Shown here: positions 55,251-64,000 of the stretch, piece after piece | Position numbering within the stretch: position 1 is the first letter of the stretch | Layout of the letters: every line of letters starts with the position of its first letter | From: Patescibacteria group bacterium | GTDB lineage: Bacteria > Patescibacteriota > Minisyncoccia > Minisyncoccales > Staskawiczbacteraceae | Assembly (NCBI GenBank): GCA_038063015.1 | Contig: JBBTVX010000001.1 | Coordinates: 69,202 to 133,201, forward strand | Direction of reading: 5' to 3' | Length of the DNA stretch: 64,000 nucleotides | Translations under genes and position numbers: made by a program | The notes under the pieces: generated by a model | Database searches by the model: none | The model's input: only the letters and a program-made list of their open reading frames with translations | What the model was told of the DNA's origin: nothing

Positions 55251-55270
55251 AATTTTATTTATCTTATCTT

Positions 55271-56125
55271 TTATTCTAATTGATTTATGCATTGAATTCC
55301 ATTAAAACATTTTCCTGCGGGACATTCGCAATTTTTTACTTGTTTTGCATATTTGGGATCAGGGGTGCAAGCGCAACCGCCCACAATACAATTATTATAA
55401 AAATCAACCGAGCTGGAACAATAACAAGTTATTGTTGACACTTTCCCGCCAGAAACAATACAGCTTTCTTCTTTTGTCGCTGTTCCCCCCATAAAAATAA
55501 ATGTAGAAAGCATTAAATGTGATATTTTGTTATTATTAATTGGATCTTGCAAATTTGGATTTTCTTCAGCTATGGGAAAAGAGAAACGATAAATATAATC
55601 GTTAGTGGCCACATAAATCCATTCTTGATTTTGGTCATAAACAAAAACTTCATTTAACTCGTAAGCCGAAAATCCTGAAATAGTTAATTCTTGACTGGTT
55701 TTATAGCTAATTCTGCCAATATCTTCTAATGTATTTTTCTGTAACATTTGTTGAACAAAATCCTTTGCTGATAATTTTTCTGGGTTTGCTTGAACTCTAA
55801 TCTCAAAATCAAAAATCTTTGTTTGGGGAGCTGGAGCAATAAAATTAATCCTGTCTTTTACTTCGGGCAAAATATTTACCGACCAATCGGCGGGATGTTT
55901 TGTTTGAAAACCATAATCGTAATTTGAGTAAGTTTGCCAATCAGCGGTTTCGTCTACCGGCGTTTTATTTTGATTTGCTTGATAAGATATTACTTGCTCT
56001 TTATTCTGCGTTGAATAAAAATAATTATACGCCATAAACCCCGATATTGCCAAAACAGCTATCAAAATAACTATTTCTACAACTGCTAAAATTGAAAATC
56101 CCTTTTCAAAATCTTGATTTTTCAT
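55271..56125 (-). CDS. Membrane-anchored hypothetical protein with a Cys-rich C-terminal module
   Basis: N-terminal TM segment (FSILAVVEIVILIAVLAISGF). There are 11 Cys in the last ~65 aa (CIVSGG...CYCSS...CIVGGCAC...CECPAGKC...C). Confidence 0.5.
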   Translation of the reverse strand: MKNQDFEKGFSILAVVEIVILIAVLAISGFMAYNYFYSTQNKEQVISYQANQNKTPVDETADWQTYSNYDYGFQTKHPADWSVNILPEVKDRINFIAPAPQTKIFDFEIRVQANPEKLSAKDFVQQMLQKNTLEDIGRISYKTSQELTISGFSAYELNEVFVYDQNQEWIYVATNDYIYRFSFPIAEENPNLQDPINNNKISHLMLSTFIFMGGTATKEESCIVSGGKVSTITCYCSSSVDFYNNCIVGGCACTPDPKYAKQVKNCECPAGKCFNGIQCINQLE

Positions 56126-56132
56126 ACTTTTA

Positions 56133-57809
56133 TTATTGCACTATTCCGCCCCCGGAGCCGCTTGGGTCGTCGGGCAAACTGGTGTTTATCGGCAGGGCTT
56201 TACCCTGGGTGATAGCTCCTGTAAATTGGTCTTCCGCAGAAATAGTCACCTCGCCAATAATAGGGACCGTCCCTCCTTTTTGGGAATAATCGGGGATTAA
56301 GGAAGCCTGAAAAGAAAGAGAAGGAGCATTGCTTGAAATTCCCGCATCAACCGCAATAGTTGCTCCGCCAGAAACATTCCAAACTATTTCCCGGCTATTA
56401 TTATCAAATGAAAAATTTGAAAATTCATTTTCTGGCGAAACTTTTCCGGTCAAACTTACATTTCGCGGCAAAATTGCTCTTACTTTTGCGTTTTTAATAT
56501 CGTTAAAATAGTTTTTGATATCCCAGGTTATCGTATAAGTTGTCGACGTATCGGCTATCGGCGGAATAGGGCCTGAATTTGTAATTCCGGCTTGGCTTGA
56601 ATAAAAACCTTTTTGTAAAACTTCTAATTTTGAATTGACTTTTGTTTGAAACTCGTTGCTGATTTGAGAAATATCGACTTTATTTTTTATTATTGTATTA
56701 TTATTTTCCGAATTAGATTGGGTCCAGTCGTTTTTTAACTGAACATCAAACTCAACCTTGCCCTCTTGCTGGGGGGCTAAATATCTCAATTCTGGCACTT
56801 GTTTATAATCCCAAGCAATTAATTTATCATTTGACCGAACTTCGCCCGTTAAAGATTTAATGCTTTGCATATCTATGGCTTGACCGTCTAATTTGGTTAA
56901 TAAAAATAAATTGTCAAAAGAAGTAGACCCGATGTTTCTAAAGAAAATTTCATAATGTAATTTTTCTCCGGGAGAAGCAACGTAATTTGGATAACCGTTA
57001 ATTTGCTGTGATATAAAAATTAAAGGCTCAACAACGGACAATTCTTTATTTGTATCTTTTATTAAAACAAATACGCCATCCTGCCATATGCCGAGTTTAG
57101 CTCCAAAACTTAAGCGCTGTCCTGTGTCAGCGGTAATTCTACCGTTAACTATTATTCTGCCACCTTGCGCTTTGTTCAAGGTTGAGATTTTCCATTCAGA
57201 TTTATCTAAAGATGAGGGAATCGAACTTTCTAATTGAAAACCAGTTATTGAATCAATTTTTATACTAAGATTCTCTAGGGGATAATCTATATTAGAAAAA
57301 TAGTTAAGTGAATATTGTATCTCTTTTCCCCTTTCTACCTTTGATGCTAAATCAAAATCTAATGTTATGGGCACAAAATTAATTTTTGTGGTAAATGTGG
57401 TGTCTGATTCAAAACGAACTGTTAAATTTTTAGGCGCATAAGAGAGCCATGCTTTGGCAACCTTTAAATCATTTTCGCTGCCCAAAAGACGTGTTTTAAA
57501 TTTTACAAAATCTTCATCTCCCGGATAAATATCTTTTAAATCTTGGACAAATCTTGTTTTTCCATCTTCAGTTAAAGAGTATTCGGGAAGTTCAAAAATA
57601 AGCCTTGGCTCCTGTAAAACAGAATTGCCGTTATTTTTGTATTTAACGGTATATTCTATTTCATCCCCCATTTTGATAGAATCGACTCCTAGGATCTCCA
57701 GTTTTAAAACCTCTTTTGAAAAAACATTATTACGGTAAAGCCAAAAGCCAAAAAAACCTCCGATTATAACAACTAATATTAAAAATATAAAAATTATTTT
57801 TTTATTCAT
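56133..57809 (-). CDS. Membrane-anchored surface protein with repeated beta-rich (DUF11/CARDB-like) domains
   Basis: N-terminal TM segment and repeated ~100-aa segments with a ...Y.I.Y.N.G... pattern. The assignment rests on pattern only. Confidence 0.45.
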   Translation of the reverse strand: MNKKIIFIFLILVVIIGGFFGFWLYRNNVFSKEVLKLEILGVDSIKMGDEIEYTVKYKNNGNSVLQEPRLIFELPEYSLTEDGKTRFVQDLKDIYPGDEDFVKFKTRLLGSENDLKVAKAWLSYAPKNLTVRFESDTTFTTKINFVPITLDFDLASKVERGKEIQYSLNYFSNIDYPLENLSIKIDSITGFQLESSIPSSLDKSEWKISTLNKAQGGRIIVNGRITADTGQRLSFGAKLGIWQDGVFVLIKDTNKELSVVEPLIFISQQINGYPNYVASPGEKLHYEIFFRNIGSTSFDNLFLLTKLDGQAIDMQSIKSLTGEVRSNDKLIAWDYKQVPELRYLAPQQEGKVEFDVQLKNDWTQSNSENNNTIIKNKVDISQISNEFQTKVNSKLEVLQKGFYSSQAGITNSGPIPPIADTSTTYTITWDIKNYFNDIKNAKVRAILPRNVSLTGKVSPENEFSNFSFDNNSREIVWNVSGGATIAVDAGISSNAPSLSFQASLIPDYSQKGGTVPIIGEVTISAEDQFTGAITQGKALPINTSLPDDPSGSGGGIVQ

Positions 57810-57829
57810 ATTATTTATTATATACTTAA

Positions 57830-58591
57830 TTATACGCTTGCGGAGCGACTAGATAAAATATAGCAACAATAATTCTCTGATATTTCTTTAAGTAAGTTTA
57901 ATGAAAACTTATCAACCTTCAATTTGGATAGAATCTGCCAATCTCCTTTAAAAATCAACCTTAATATTTTAACAATATCCGAATTAATTCTTTGATAATA
58001 CTCAGGACAAGCCTCTTTTTTTTCTATGTTATGGTTAGAACAATTTTTACAAATAGTTCCGCCGTCTTTATTTGAAAAATAGAGAAGATAGGGGTTCAAC
58101 TTTAATCCACAAACCACGCACTTTTGAGTTTCGGGATGATATCCTATTATAGATAAAAAATTCCAAAGAAAATAATAATAAATTAATTGGACGCCAGAAG
58201 CTTGCAAATTAGAGTTGTTTAGTTTATTCAACGTCTCTTTTAATAAAGTAAATATGGACTCGTCTTTTTCTTGGCCTTTGATAAAATTATCTAAAATCTC
58301 GCTTATTTTATAACTGATTTTTAATCTGGCGGGATCTTGCATTATATTTCTAAATTTTTCTATTGTAATTGTATTAGTAAGGGTTTTGCGATTTTTTCCT
58401 TGAATAAAATCAATTTCCGATAAAGAAAAAATTTCTGTTCCTTTTCTTAATTTTGAGGTTATCTTTCTTATGGCTTTGCCAAAAATTTCTAGTCTTCCAA
58501 AATCATAAGTAAAAATTGAAAAAACTCTGTCTGCCTCAAAAATGTCCTTCTTTTTAAAAATAAAACCCTGCGTTCTATAATAAACTGCCAT
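57830..58591 (-). CDS. recO: DNA repair protein RecO
   Basis: OB-fold N-terminus (GFIFKKKDIFEADRVFSIFT) and a C-terminal Cys4 zinc motif (CVVCG...CKNC). Confidence 0.8.
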   Translation of the reverse strand: MAVYYRTQGFIFKKKDIFEADRVFSIFTYDFGRLEIFGKAIRKITSKLRKGTEIFSLSEIDFIQGKNRKTLTNTITIEKFRNIMQDPARLKISYKISEILDNFIKGQEKDESIFTLLKETLNKLNNSNLQASGVQLIYYYFLWNFLSIIGYHPETQKCVVCGLKLNPYLLYFSNKDGGTICKNCSNHNIEKKEACPEYYQRINSDIVKILRLIFKGDWQILSKLKVDKFSLNLLKEISENYCCYILSSRSASV

Positions 58592-58594
58592 ATA

Positions 58595-61504
58595 TCAGAC
58601 TTTTTTTATCTTTAATAATAATTTTTGCTGGTCAATCTCTATCTCTTTTTCTGGAACAAATTCTGCTTCTGACTTTTGTTCTAGATAAAAATCTTTCGCC
58701 TTAATTTCTTTTAATAAAAACCCCTTATTTTTCTCTAAAATTTTGTTCATCTCTGGTCTGCTAGAAAAGAAAACTAAAATTTTGTTTTCCGGTTTCAGCC
58801 CTGCCTCTTTTCTCATATTTTGAATACACCTGATTATATCCCTTATTGCTCCCTCTTCTTTCAACTCTTGTGTAATTTTCGTATCAAGTTCTATTTCATT
58901 TTTAATTTTTGCTCCAAAAACAATTTCTTTAGTATTAACCTCGTCTTTTATCAATTCTAAAAGTTCTTTGTCGCTCTCAATTTTCGTTTCTTTATTTTTT
59001 ATTTTTATCAAAGCAATGGGCTGTCTTACTTTAATTGTTTTTTCCGCCCTTTGGGCTAACGCCAAATTAACAATATGGCGCGTTTCATCCATTTTACCTT
59101 CAAGTTCTAGGTCTATATAACCTTCGTCTTTTAATTGTGGCCAGTTGCACAAATGAATTGATTCTGGCATATTGTTTATTTTTAAATTTTGATACATTTC
59201 TTCTGCAAAAAATGGCATTATCGGACTTATTAATTTTGTAATACTCAAAAGTGTATAATAAAGAGCTGACATCGCCTCTGATCTCTCTTGGCTATCATCG
59301 TGGAATCTTTTCCTTGACCTTCTTATATACCATAAAGACAAGTCATTTATGAAAAAATCTTCTACGGCTAAAACTACTTTAGCAACATCGTATTTTTCAA
59401 GATTAAATTCGCAAGCGCCGATTAAGTGGTCTATTTTTGACAAAATCCATTTGTCTAAAACGTTTTTCGGTTTTGGGTTCAAATCTATATTTTCAAACTC
59501 TTCTTTTTTAACATATGTATTAAAAAAAGTATAAACATTATAAAGTGTTAATAGTTTTCTTTTTACTTCGTCGGCTGTATTATAACCAAAATTAAGATTT
59601 TCTGCTGGATTTTGTTTTGAATACATCCAACGCATTGGATCGGCTCCAATCTTTTCTACGGCCTCGTCAAACCAAATGGCGTTTCCTTTGGATTTATGCA
59701 TCTCCTCTCCTTTTTCATCACGTACTAAAGCATAACCAAAAATTGTTTTCATCGGATTTGTATCTTCTAAGACAGCTGACGCCACCAACAAAGAATAAAA
59801 CCAATTCTTAAATTGCCCGGGAAATGATTCGCAAACTAATTCTACAGGAAACCATTTTTTCCAATAAAGTTTATCAGAAAAATAATTTGTAGTAGAATAC
59901 GAAACTATGCCGGCATCCAGCCATGGATTCCCGACATCTGCTATTCTGGAAATCAATTTATCGCATTTCTTACATTTAATTTTAACACTATCAATCCATG
60001 GCCTATGGGGAGAATTGTCTTTAAACTTTTCCCATCCTTCAACTGCTCTTTTTTCTAATTCCTCTTTTGAACCAATAACCTCAAAATTTCCACACTGACA
60101 TTCAAAAATAGGCAAAGCTAAACCCCAATATCTCTTTTTTGAAATCAACCAATCGTGCATATTTTTCAACCAATCCAATTCTCTTTCTTTGCCAAAAAAA
60201 GGAACCCAATTTATTTTTTTAGTTATTTCAATTAATGATTTCCTCAATTTTTTCATTGAAATATACCATTCGTCAACAACCCTCCAAACTAATTCTGTCT
60301 TGCATCGCCAACAGGTGGGATAACGATGGGTATAGTCTTCTATTTTATAAAAAAATTCGCCGGCTCTATAATTTTTAAAATAATCAAAAATTATTTCCGG
60401 ATTTTGTTTGGCATTTTTTCCGGAAAATTCCTCCATTCCTTCCAAATACACAGCTGACTCGTCAATCACATCAATTACTGCTAAATTTTCTTTTTGGCTG
60501 ATTTTAAAATCCTCCTCGCCAGCTCCCGGAGCGCAATGAATAATTCCTGTTCCCTCAGTTTCGGTTACCAAGTCTTTGTCTAAAACAACCGTGTGAAATG
60601 TTTTCTCGTTTTCGCTTCTAACATTTCTTACTATTTCTAAATTATCAAAAGGAGCCTCGTATTTTAATCCTTTCAAAAATTTTCCCTTTATTGTTTTTTT
60701 GAGTTTAAATTCTTTTTCCAATATACTTTTAGCCAAACTTTTTAATAAAATTAATTTTTTGCCGTCCGCTTCAAAAATCCCATAATCAAAATCCGGATTT
60801 ACAATCAAAGCCACGTTGGCAGGTATTGTCCAAGGAGTTGTTGTCCAAACCAAAAATTTTACGCCTTTTAATTTCCCGGCTATAATAGGAAGCTTGAAAT
60901 AAATTGCTTTATGAGTAATTTCTTTGTATTCTTCTGTTAAAATTTCATGCTGAGAAATAGCGGTGCCGCACCTTGGACACCAAGGAACCGAATCCTTGCC
61001 TTTATATAAATATCCCTCTTGCCAACATTTTTTTAAAAAATGCCAAATAGCATAATTGTTTTCATCAGACATTGTGTAATAAGAATTTTCCCAATCCATC
61101 CATTGGCCCAATCTTATTGACTGCTGCGTCTGTATGGTTGAATATTTTTCAACTCTTTCTTTGCATTTTTCAACAAATTTATCAATTCCATATTTTTCAA
61201 TATCTTTTTTATTTTTAAAACCAAGCTCTTTTTCAACTTCAACTTCAACCCATAGTCCCTGGCAATCAAAACCATTTTGATATCGCTGGTCATAACCTTG
61301 CATTGCCTTATATCTTTGAAATAGATCTTTATAAGTTCTTCCCCAAGCATGGTGCGCGCCCATTGGATTATTGGCTGTAATGGGGCCATCTAAAAACGAC
61401 CAGCGTTTTTTGCCTTTGTTCTTTTGACGAAGTTTTTCAAAAATTTTGTTATCAGACCAAAACTTCAATATTTTATTTTCATTCTCCGGAAAATTATATA
61501 CCAT
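58595..61504 (-). CDS. ileS: Isoleucyl-tRNA synthetase
   Basis: Class I aaRS of 969 aa with an N-terminal HIGH-type region (ITANNPMGAHHAWG), a KMSKS-like MHKSKGN motif and a CP1 editing insertion. Confidence 0.95.
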   Translation of the reverse strand: MVYNFPENENKILKFWSDNKIFEKLRQKNKGKKRWSFLDGPITANNPMGAHHAWGRTYKDLFQRYKAMQGYDQRYQNGFDCQGLWVEVEVEKELGFKNKKDIEKYGIDKFVEKCKERVEKYSTIQTQQSIRLGQWMDWENSYYTMSDENNYAIWHFLKKCWQEGYLYKGKDSVPWCPRCGTAISQHEILTEEYKEITHKAIYFKLPIIAGKLKGVKFLVWTTTPWTIPANVALIVNPDFDYGIFEADGKKLILLKSLAKSILEKEFKLKKTIKGKFLKGLKYEAPFDNLEIVRNVRSENEKTFHTVVLDKDLVTETEGTGIIHCAPGAGEEDFKISQKENLAVIDVIDESAVYLEGMEEFSGKNAKQNPEIIFDYFKNYRAGEFFYKIEDYTHRYPTCWRCKTELVWRVVDEWYISMKKLRKSLIEITKKINWVPFFGKERELDWLKNMHDWLISKKRYWGLALPIFECQCGNFEVIGSKEELEKRAVEGWEKFKDNSPHRPWIDSVKIKCKKCDKLISRIADVGNPWLDAGIVSYSTTNYFSDKLYWKKWFPVELVCESFPGQFKNWFYSLLVASAVLEDTNPMKTIFGYALVRDEKGEEMHKSKGNAIWFDEAVEKIGADPMRWMYSKQNPAENLNFGYNTADEVKRKLLTLYNVYTFFNTYVKKEEFENIDLNPKPKNVLDKWILSKIDHLIGACEFNLEKYDVAKVVLAVEDFFINDLSLWYIRRSRKRFHDDSQERSEAMSALYYTLLSITKLISPIMPFFAEEMYQNLKINNMPESIHLCNWPQLKDEGYIDLELEGKMDETRHIVNLALAQRAEKTIKVRQPIALIKIKNKETKIESDKELLELIKDEVNTKEIVFGAKIKNEIELDTKITQELKEEGAIRDIIRCIQNMRKEAGLKPENKILVFFSSRPEMNKILEKNKGFLLKEIKAKDFYLEQKSEAEFVPEKEIEIDQQKLLLKIKKV

Positions 61505-61514
61505 AATTTAAATT

Positions 61515-62084
61515 TTAATCAAATTTTTTGAGTTCACAGTTTGAAAGTAATTTTTCGTCAGTAAAAAATTCAATGCTCTTTTTTAGAGAATATCCTAAAA
61601 ATATGCCCTCAAGAATAAAAAGCGGAGCTTGGTGGCTAACTATTAAAATTTTTTTATTCGAATAAGTTTTTTCCATATCCTCTAAGAAATTATTAACCCT
61701 CTTCAAGGTATCTTCGTAGCTTTCGCCCCGAGGAACTTTTTCTTTTATTCTTTTTTCTTTACTGGCAAAATGACCGATAAAATCAGCGATGGGTTTTGAA
61801 TTAAAAGTGCCAAAATCAATTTCTCTCAATCTTTTATCAAAATTCACCTTCTTTTTTAGTTGCTCTGCGATAATTTCAGCTGTCTGTTTCGCTCTTAAAA
61901 CGTCTGAAGAGAATATCAGCTCAATATTTTCAGACAAAATCTTTTGGGTAACCCGCCTTGCTTGTTTGGTCCCCGTTTTTGTCAGGGGATTAGCGCTTTT
62001 TTCAGGCCATGAAGAAACAAATCCTTTAACGTTTGACACCGATTCTCCGTGGCGTAATATATAATACTTATTGTTTAGTTTCAT
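61515..62084 (-). CDS. Histidine phosphatase (phosphoglycerate mutase-like) family protein
   Basis: N-terminal YILRHGES (RHG) motif. Confidence 0.8.
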   Translation of the reverse strand: MKLNNKYYILRHGESVSNVKGFVSSWPEKSANPLTKTGTKQARRVTQKILSENIELIFSSDVLRAKQTAEIIAEQLKKKVNFDKRLREIDFGTFNSKPIADFIGHFASKEKRIKEKVPRGESYEDTLKRVNNFLEDMEKTYSNKKILIVSHQAPLFILEGIFLGYSLKKSIEFFTDEKLLSNCELKKFD

Positions 62085-63781
62085 TACATTTTATTTAAAA
62101 TTTTTATTCCAAGCATCCACATTCCATTTTTCATAATTGTGACAAATGCGTTTGTTAAAGCGACTTTATATGGTGAAAACTCATCTTTTTTATCTACGAT
62201 TTTATTCTTTGTATAATAACTATTAAATATTCCGGCTAACTCCGTAAGGTATAAAACCAAATAGTGCGGCTCGTAATTCTCCCCTGCTTGCAAAACTACT
62301 TCGGGAAAATAACTCATTGATTTTTCAAGTTGAGTTATTTTATCTGGCGTTTTTTTAAAAGATGGCTTGATTTTTTCTTTTTTCGCTTTTCTCAAAACCG
62401 ACATTGCCCTTGCGTAAGAATATTGAAGATAGGGGCCCGAGTCTCCTTCAAAAGAAATTGATTTATCAAAATCATAAATAATATCTGACCCGATTGACTG
62501 CTTTAAAATTGAATACTTTAATGCCCCCACGGCAACCTTCTGCGCAATATCCAATTTTTCTTTTTCCAATAAGTTCCTGTCTTTAATTTTTTTCTTTACC
62601 AATCCTTCAACTTTTTCTATTAATGATTCGCCGGTTATAACATTTCCCGTCCTAGACGACATTTTTCCTTCGGGCAAACGCAACATTCCATGTCCGATGT
62701 GTTTTGTTTTCTTTGCTAAATCAGGATTAATTTGCGCCATTGCGCAAAGCATTACCTTGAAATATTCATTAACCTCGTTGCCTGTTACAATAAATGACTG
62801 GTCATAAGCATACTTTTTGTATTTTATTTCAGCTAATCCCAAATCTTTTGCCTCATAAGTGGGCAATCCTTCAGAATTAATAAAAACCCTTGTGTGAAGC
62901 CCGTATTTTTCACCCTTAAAAATAATCGCCCCGTTTTCTCCTTTTTCAAAAATTCCGTTTTTTAATCCTTTTTCTATAATCTTTTTTCCGATTTCCCCTG
63001 TTTGGCTTTCAAAAATAAAATAATCAAATTTTGTGACCAATTTTTTATAAAGCTCGTCAAAGTGCTCTAAGCTCCACTTTTTTCCTTTGTCGTAAATTTT
63101 ATTAATCTCTTTATCGGATCGTTCAAAAATCTTTCTATTTAACTCGATAATTTCTTTTTTTGCGTTTTCATCCTCTTCATATATTTTAGAGCCATGTACA
63201 TATGCTAATCCTAAAAATTTTGTTTTTTCAGAAAGCAAAGCCGCGTCTTTTGGAAAACTATTTTTATTCTGCAAAATTCCCCACACTGCCTTTGCCACGC
63301 CAATTCCCACGTCAGACTGATAGCAAACCCTTTTAACTTTAGCTCCCTGAAATTCAAAAATACGGGATAGCGATTCACCAACAGTATTGCTTAGTAAATG
63401 CCCGATATGAAATTCTTTTAAAATATTCGGGTCTGTATAATCTATAATGACTTTCTTGTTTTTTAACTCTTTCCCCTTCCCATAATTTTTATTGATATTT
63501 TTTAAATTATCCGTAAAAGCTTTATCTGCGACAAAAAAATTAATAAACCCGGGGCCGGCTACTTCAATTTTTGAAAACAGATTATTTTCTCCAATTTTTT
63601 CTTTTATTAATTCGGCAACTTCCCGCGGATTTTTTCCCAGTTTCTTTGCCAAACCCAGCGCAACATTCGTTGAATAATCGCCGTATATTTTTTCGCCGGG
63701 AATTTCAACAGAAAAATCCGCGTTCCCCTTTGACGGTCCTTTGGTCGCCTTCTCTATTATTTTTTTAATTTCCTCTCTCAT
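62084..63781 (-). CDS. argS: Arginyl-tRNA synthetase
   Basis: PNILKEFHIGHL (HIGH) motif, a C-terminal DALR anticodon-binding region, and a terminal M. Confidence 0.95.
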   Translation of the reverse strand: MREEIKKIIEKATKGPSKGNADFSVEIPGEKIYGDYSTNVALGLAKKLGKNPREVAELIKEKIGENNLFSKIEVAGPGFINFFVADKAFTDNLKNINKNYGKGKELKNKKVIIDYTDPNILKEFHIGHLLSNTVGESLSRIFEFQGAKVKRVCYQSDVGIGVAKAVWGILQNKNSFPKDAALLSEKTKFLGLAYVHGSKIYEEDENAKKEIIELNRKIFERSDKEINKIYDKGKKWSLEHFDELYKKLVTKFDYFIFESQTGEIGKKIIEKGLKNGIFEKGENGAIIFKGEKYGLHTRVFINSEGLPTYEAKDLGLAEIKYKKYAYDQSFIVTGNEVNEYFKVMLCAMAQINPDLAKKTKHIGHGMLRLPEGKMSSRTGNVITGESLIEKVEGLVKKKIKDRNLLEKEKLDIAQKVAVGALKYSILKQSIGSDIIYDFDKSISFEGDSGPYLQYSYARAMSVLRKAKKEKIKPSFKKTPDKITQLEKSMSYFPEVVLQAGENYEPHYLVLYLTELAGIFNSYYTKNKIVDKKDEFSPYKVALTNAFVTIMKNGMWMLGIKILNKM

Positions 63782-64000
63782 TGTATAATGGTGCCGATAA
63801 ACGGCTTGTTATTTAAAAAATCTTCTAGCCGTTCCAGGTTTTTTCCGTTAATTATAACTACTTTTAATTTTAATTTTTCTGCCACCTTTGAAGCCCTCGG
63901 GTCAAATGGCATAGATAATCCAGGCGACCACTTGTCTCCAACAATTTTCCTAAAATCCTTCCAATTTATTTCTTTTATTTGTTTTGCGTCTGGAAATTTG
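63778..64000 (-). CDS. pyrH: UMP kinase, C-terminal part (5' end beyond the right edge)
   Basis: The reverse strand reads ...KFPDAKQIKEINWKDFRKIVGDKWSPGLSMPFDPRASKVAEKLKLKVVIINGKNLERLEDFLNNKPFIGTIIQ-stop. The stop overlaps the argS ATG (ATGA). Confidence 0.6.
   Translation of the reverse strand, partial: KFPDAKQIKEINWKDFRKIVGDKWSPGLSMPFDPRASKVAEKLKLKVVIINGKNLERLEDFLNNKPFIGTIIQ

Noticed and set aside
1-64000. CRISPR arrays, rRNA genes, additional tRNAs, and alternative genetic code (UGA=Gly/Trp)
   Set aside because: No regularly spaced direct repeats were seen. No rRNA-like conserved stretches were seen. Only one cloverleaf was found (32670-32752). TGA clearly terminates topA and pyrH, and long ORFs are intact under the standard code.

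Overview
The window is AT-rich and gene-dense, and most genes lie on the minus strand. The content looks like a small-genome, anaerobic Patescibacteria/CPR-type bacterium; that assignment is inferred from gene content, not a database hit. Housekeeping genes include clpB, htrA, comEC, nrdDG, ftsAZ, ybeY, hisS, lepB, pth, topA, a relA/spoT homologue, tRNA-Leu(CAA), glyA, tsaC, iorAB, leuS, tatD, metG, glyQS, recO, ileS, argS and pyrH. The standard genetic code is in use, because TGA acts as a stop. I found no rRNA gene and no CRISPR array. Five accessory regions stand out. (1) 2.6-4.6 kb is a visibly higher-G+C island of small ORFs with a consensus promoter and a structured leader. It carries two diverged copies of an ~80-nt element whose substitutions are nearly all base-pair-preserving, and each copy runs into an intrinsic terminator. 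This is a candidate new structured or regulatory RNA, and it abuts an rve-type IS (4.7-6.1 kb). (2) 20.2-24.4 kb is a defence-type cluster of an NYN protein, a PD-(D/E)xK protein cut short just after a G7 tract, and a type IIG R-M enzyme. (3) Two ~160-nt foldback elements with the same apical motif bracket pth. (4) Several single genes with visibly higher G+C (ClpP-like, HD, Nudix, CsrA) each have their own promoter and terminator. (5) 49.5-52.1 kb is a complete diversity-generating retroelement: RT, divergent Avd, TR, and a target gene with a C-terminal VR. It has unusual features: a frameshifted RT, a C9 tract in avd, and four non-adenine TR/VR mismatches. A free-standing LAGLIDADG protein follows it. 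All coordinates, alignments and counts were made by eye, and nothing was searched against databases.
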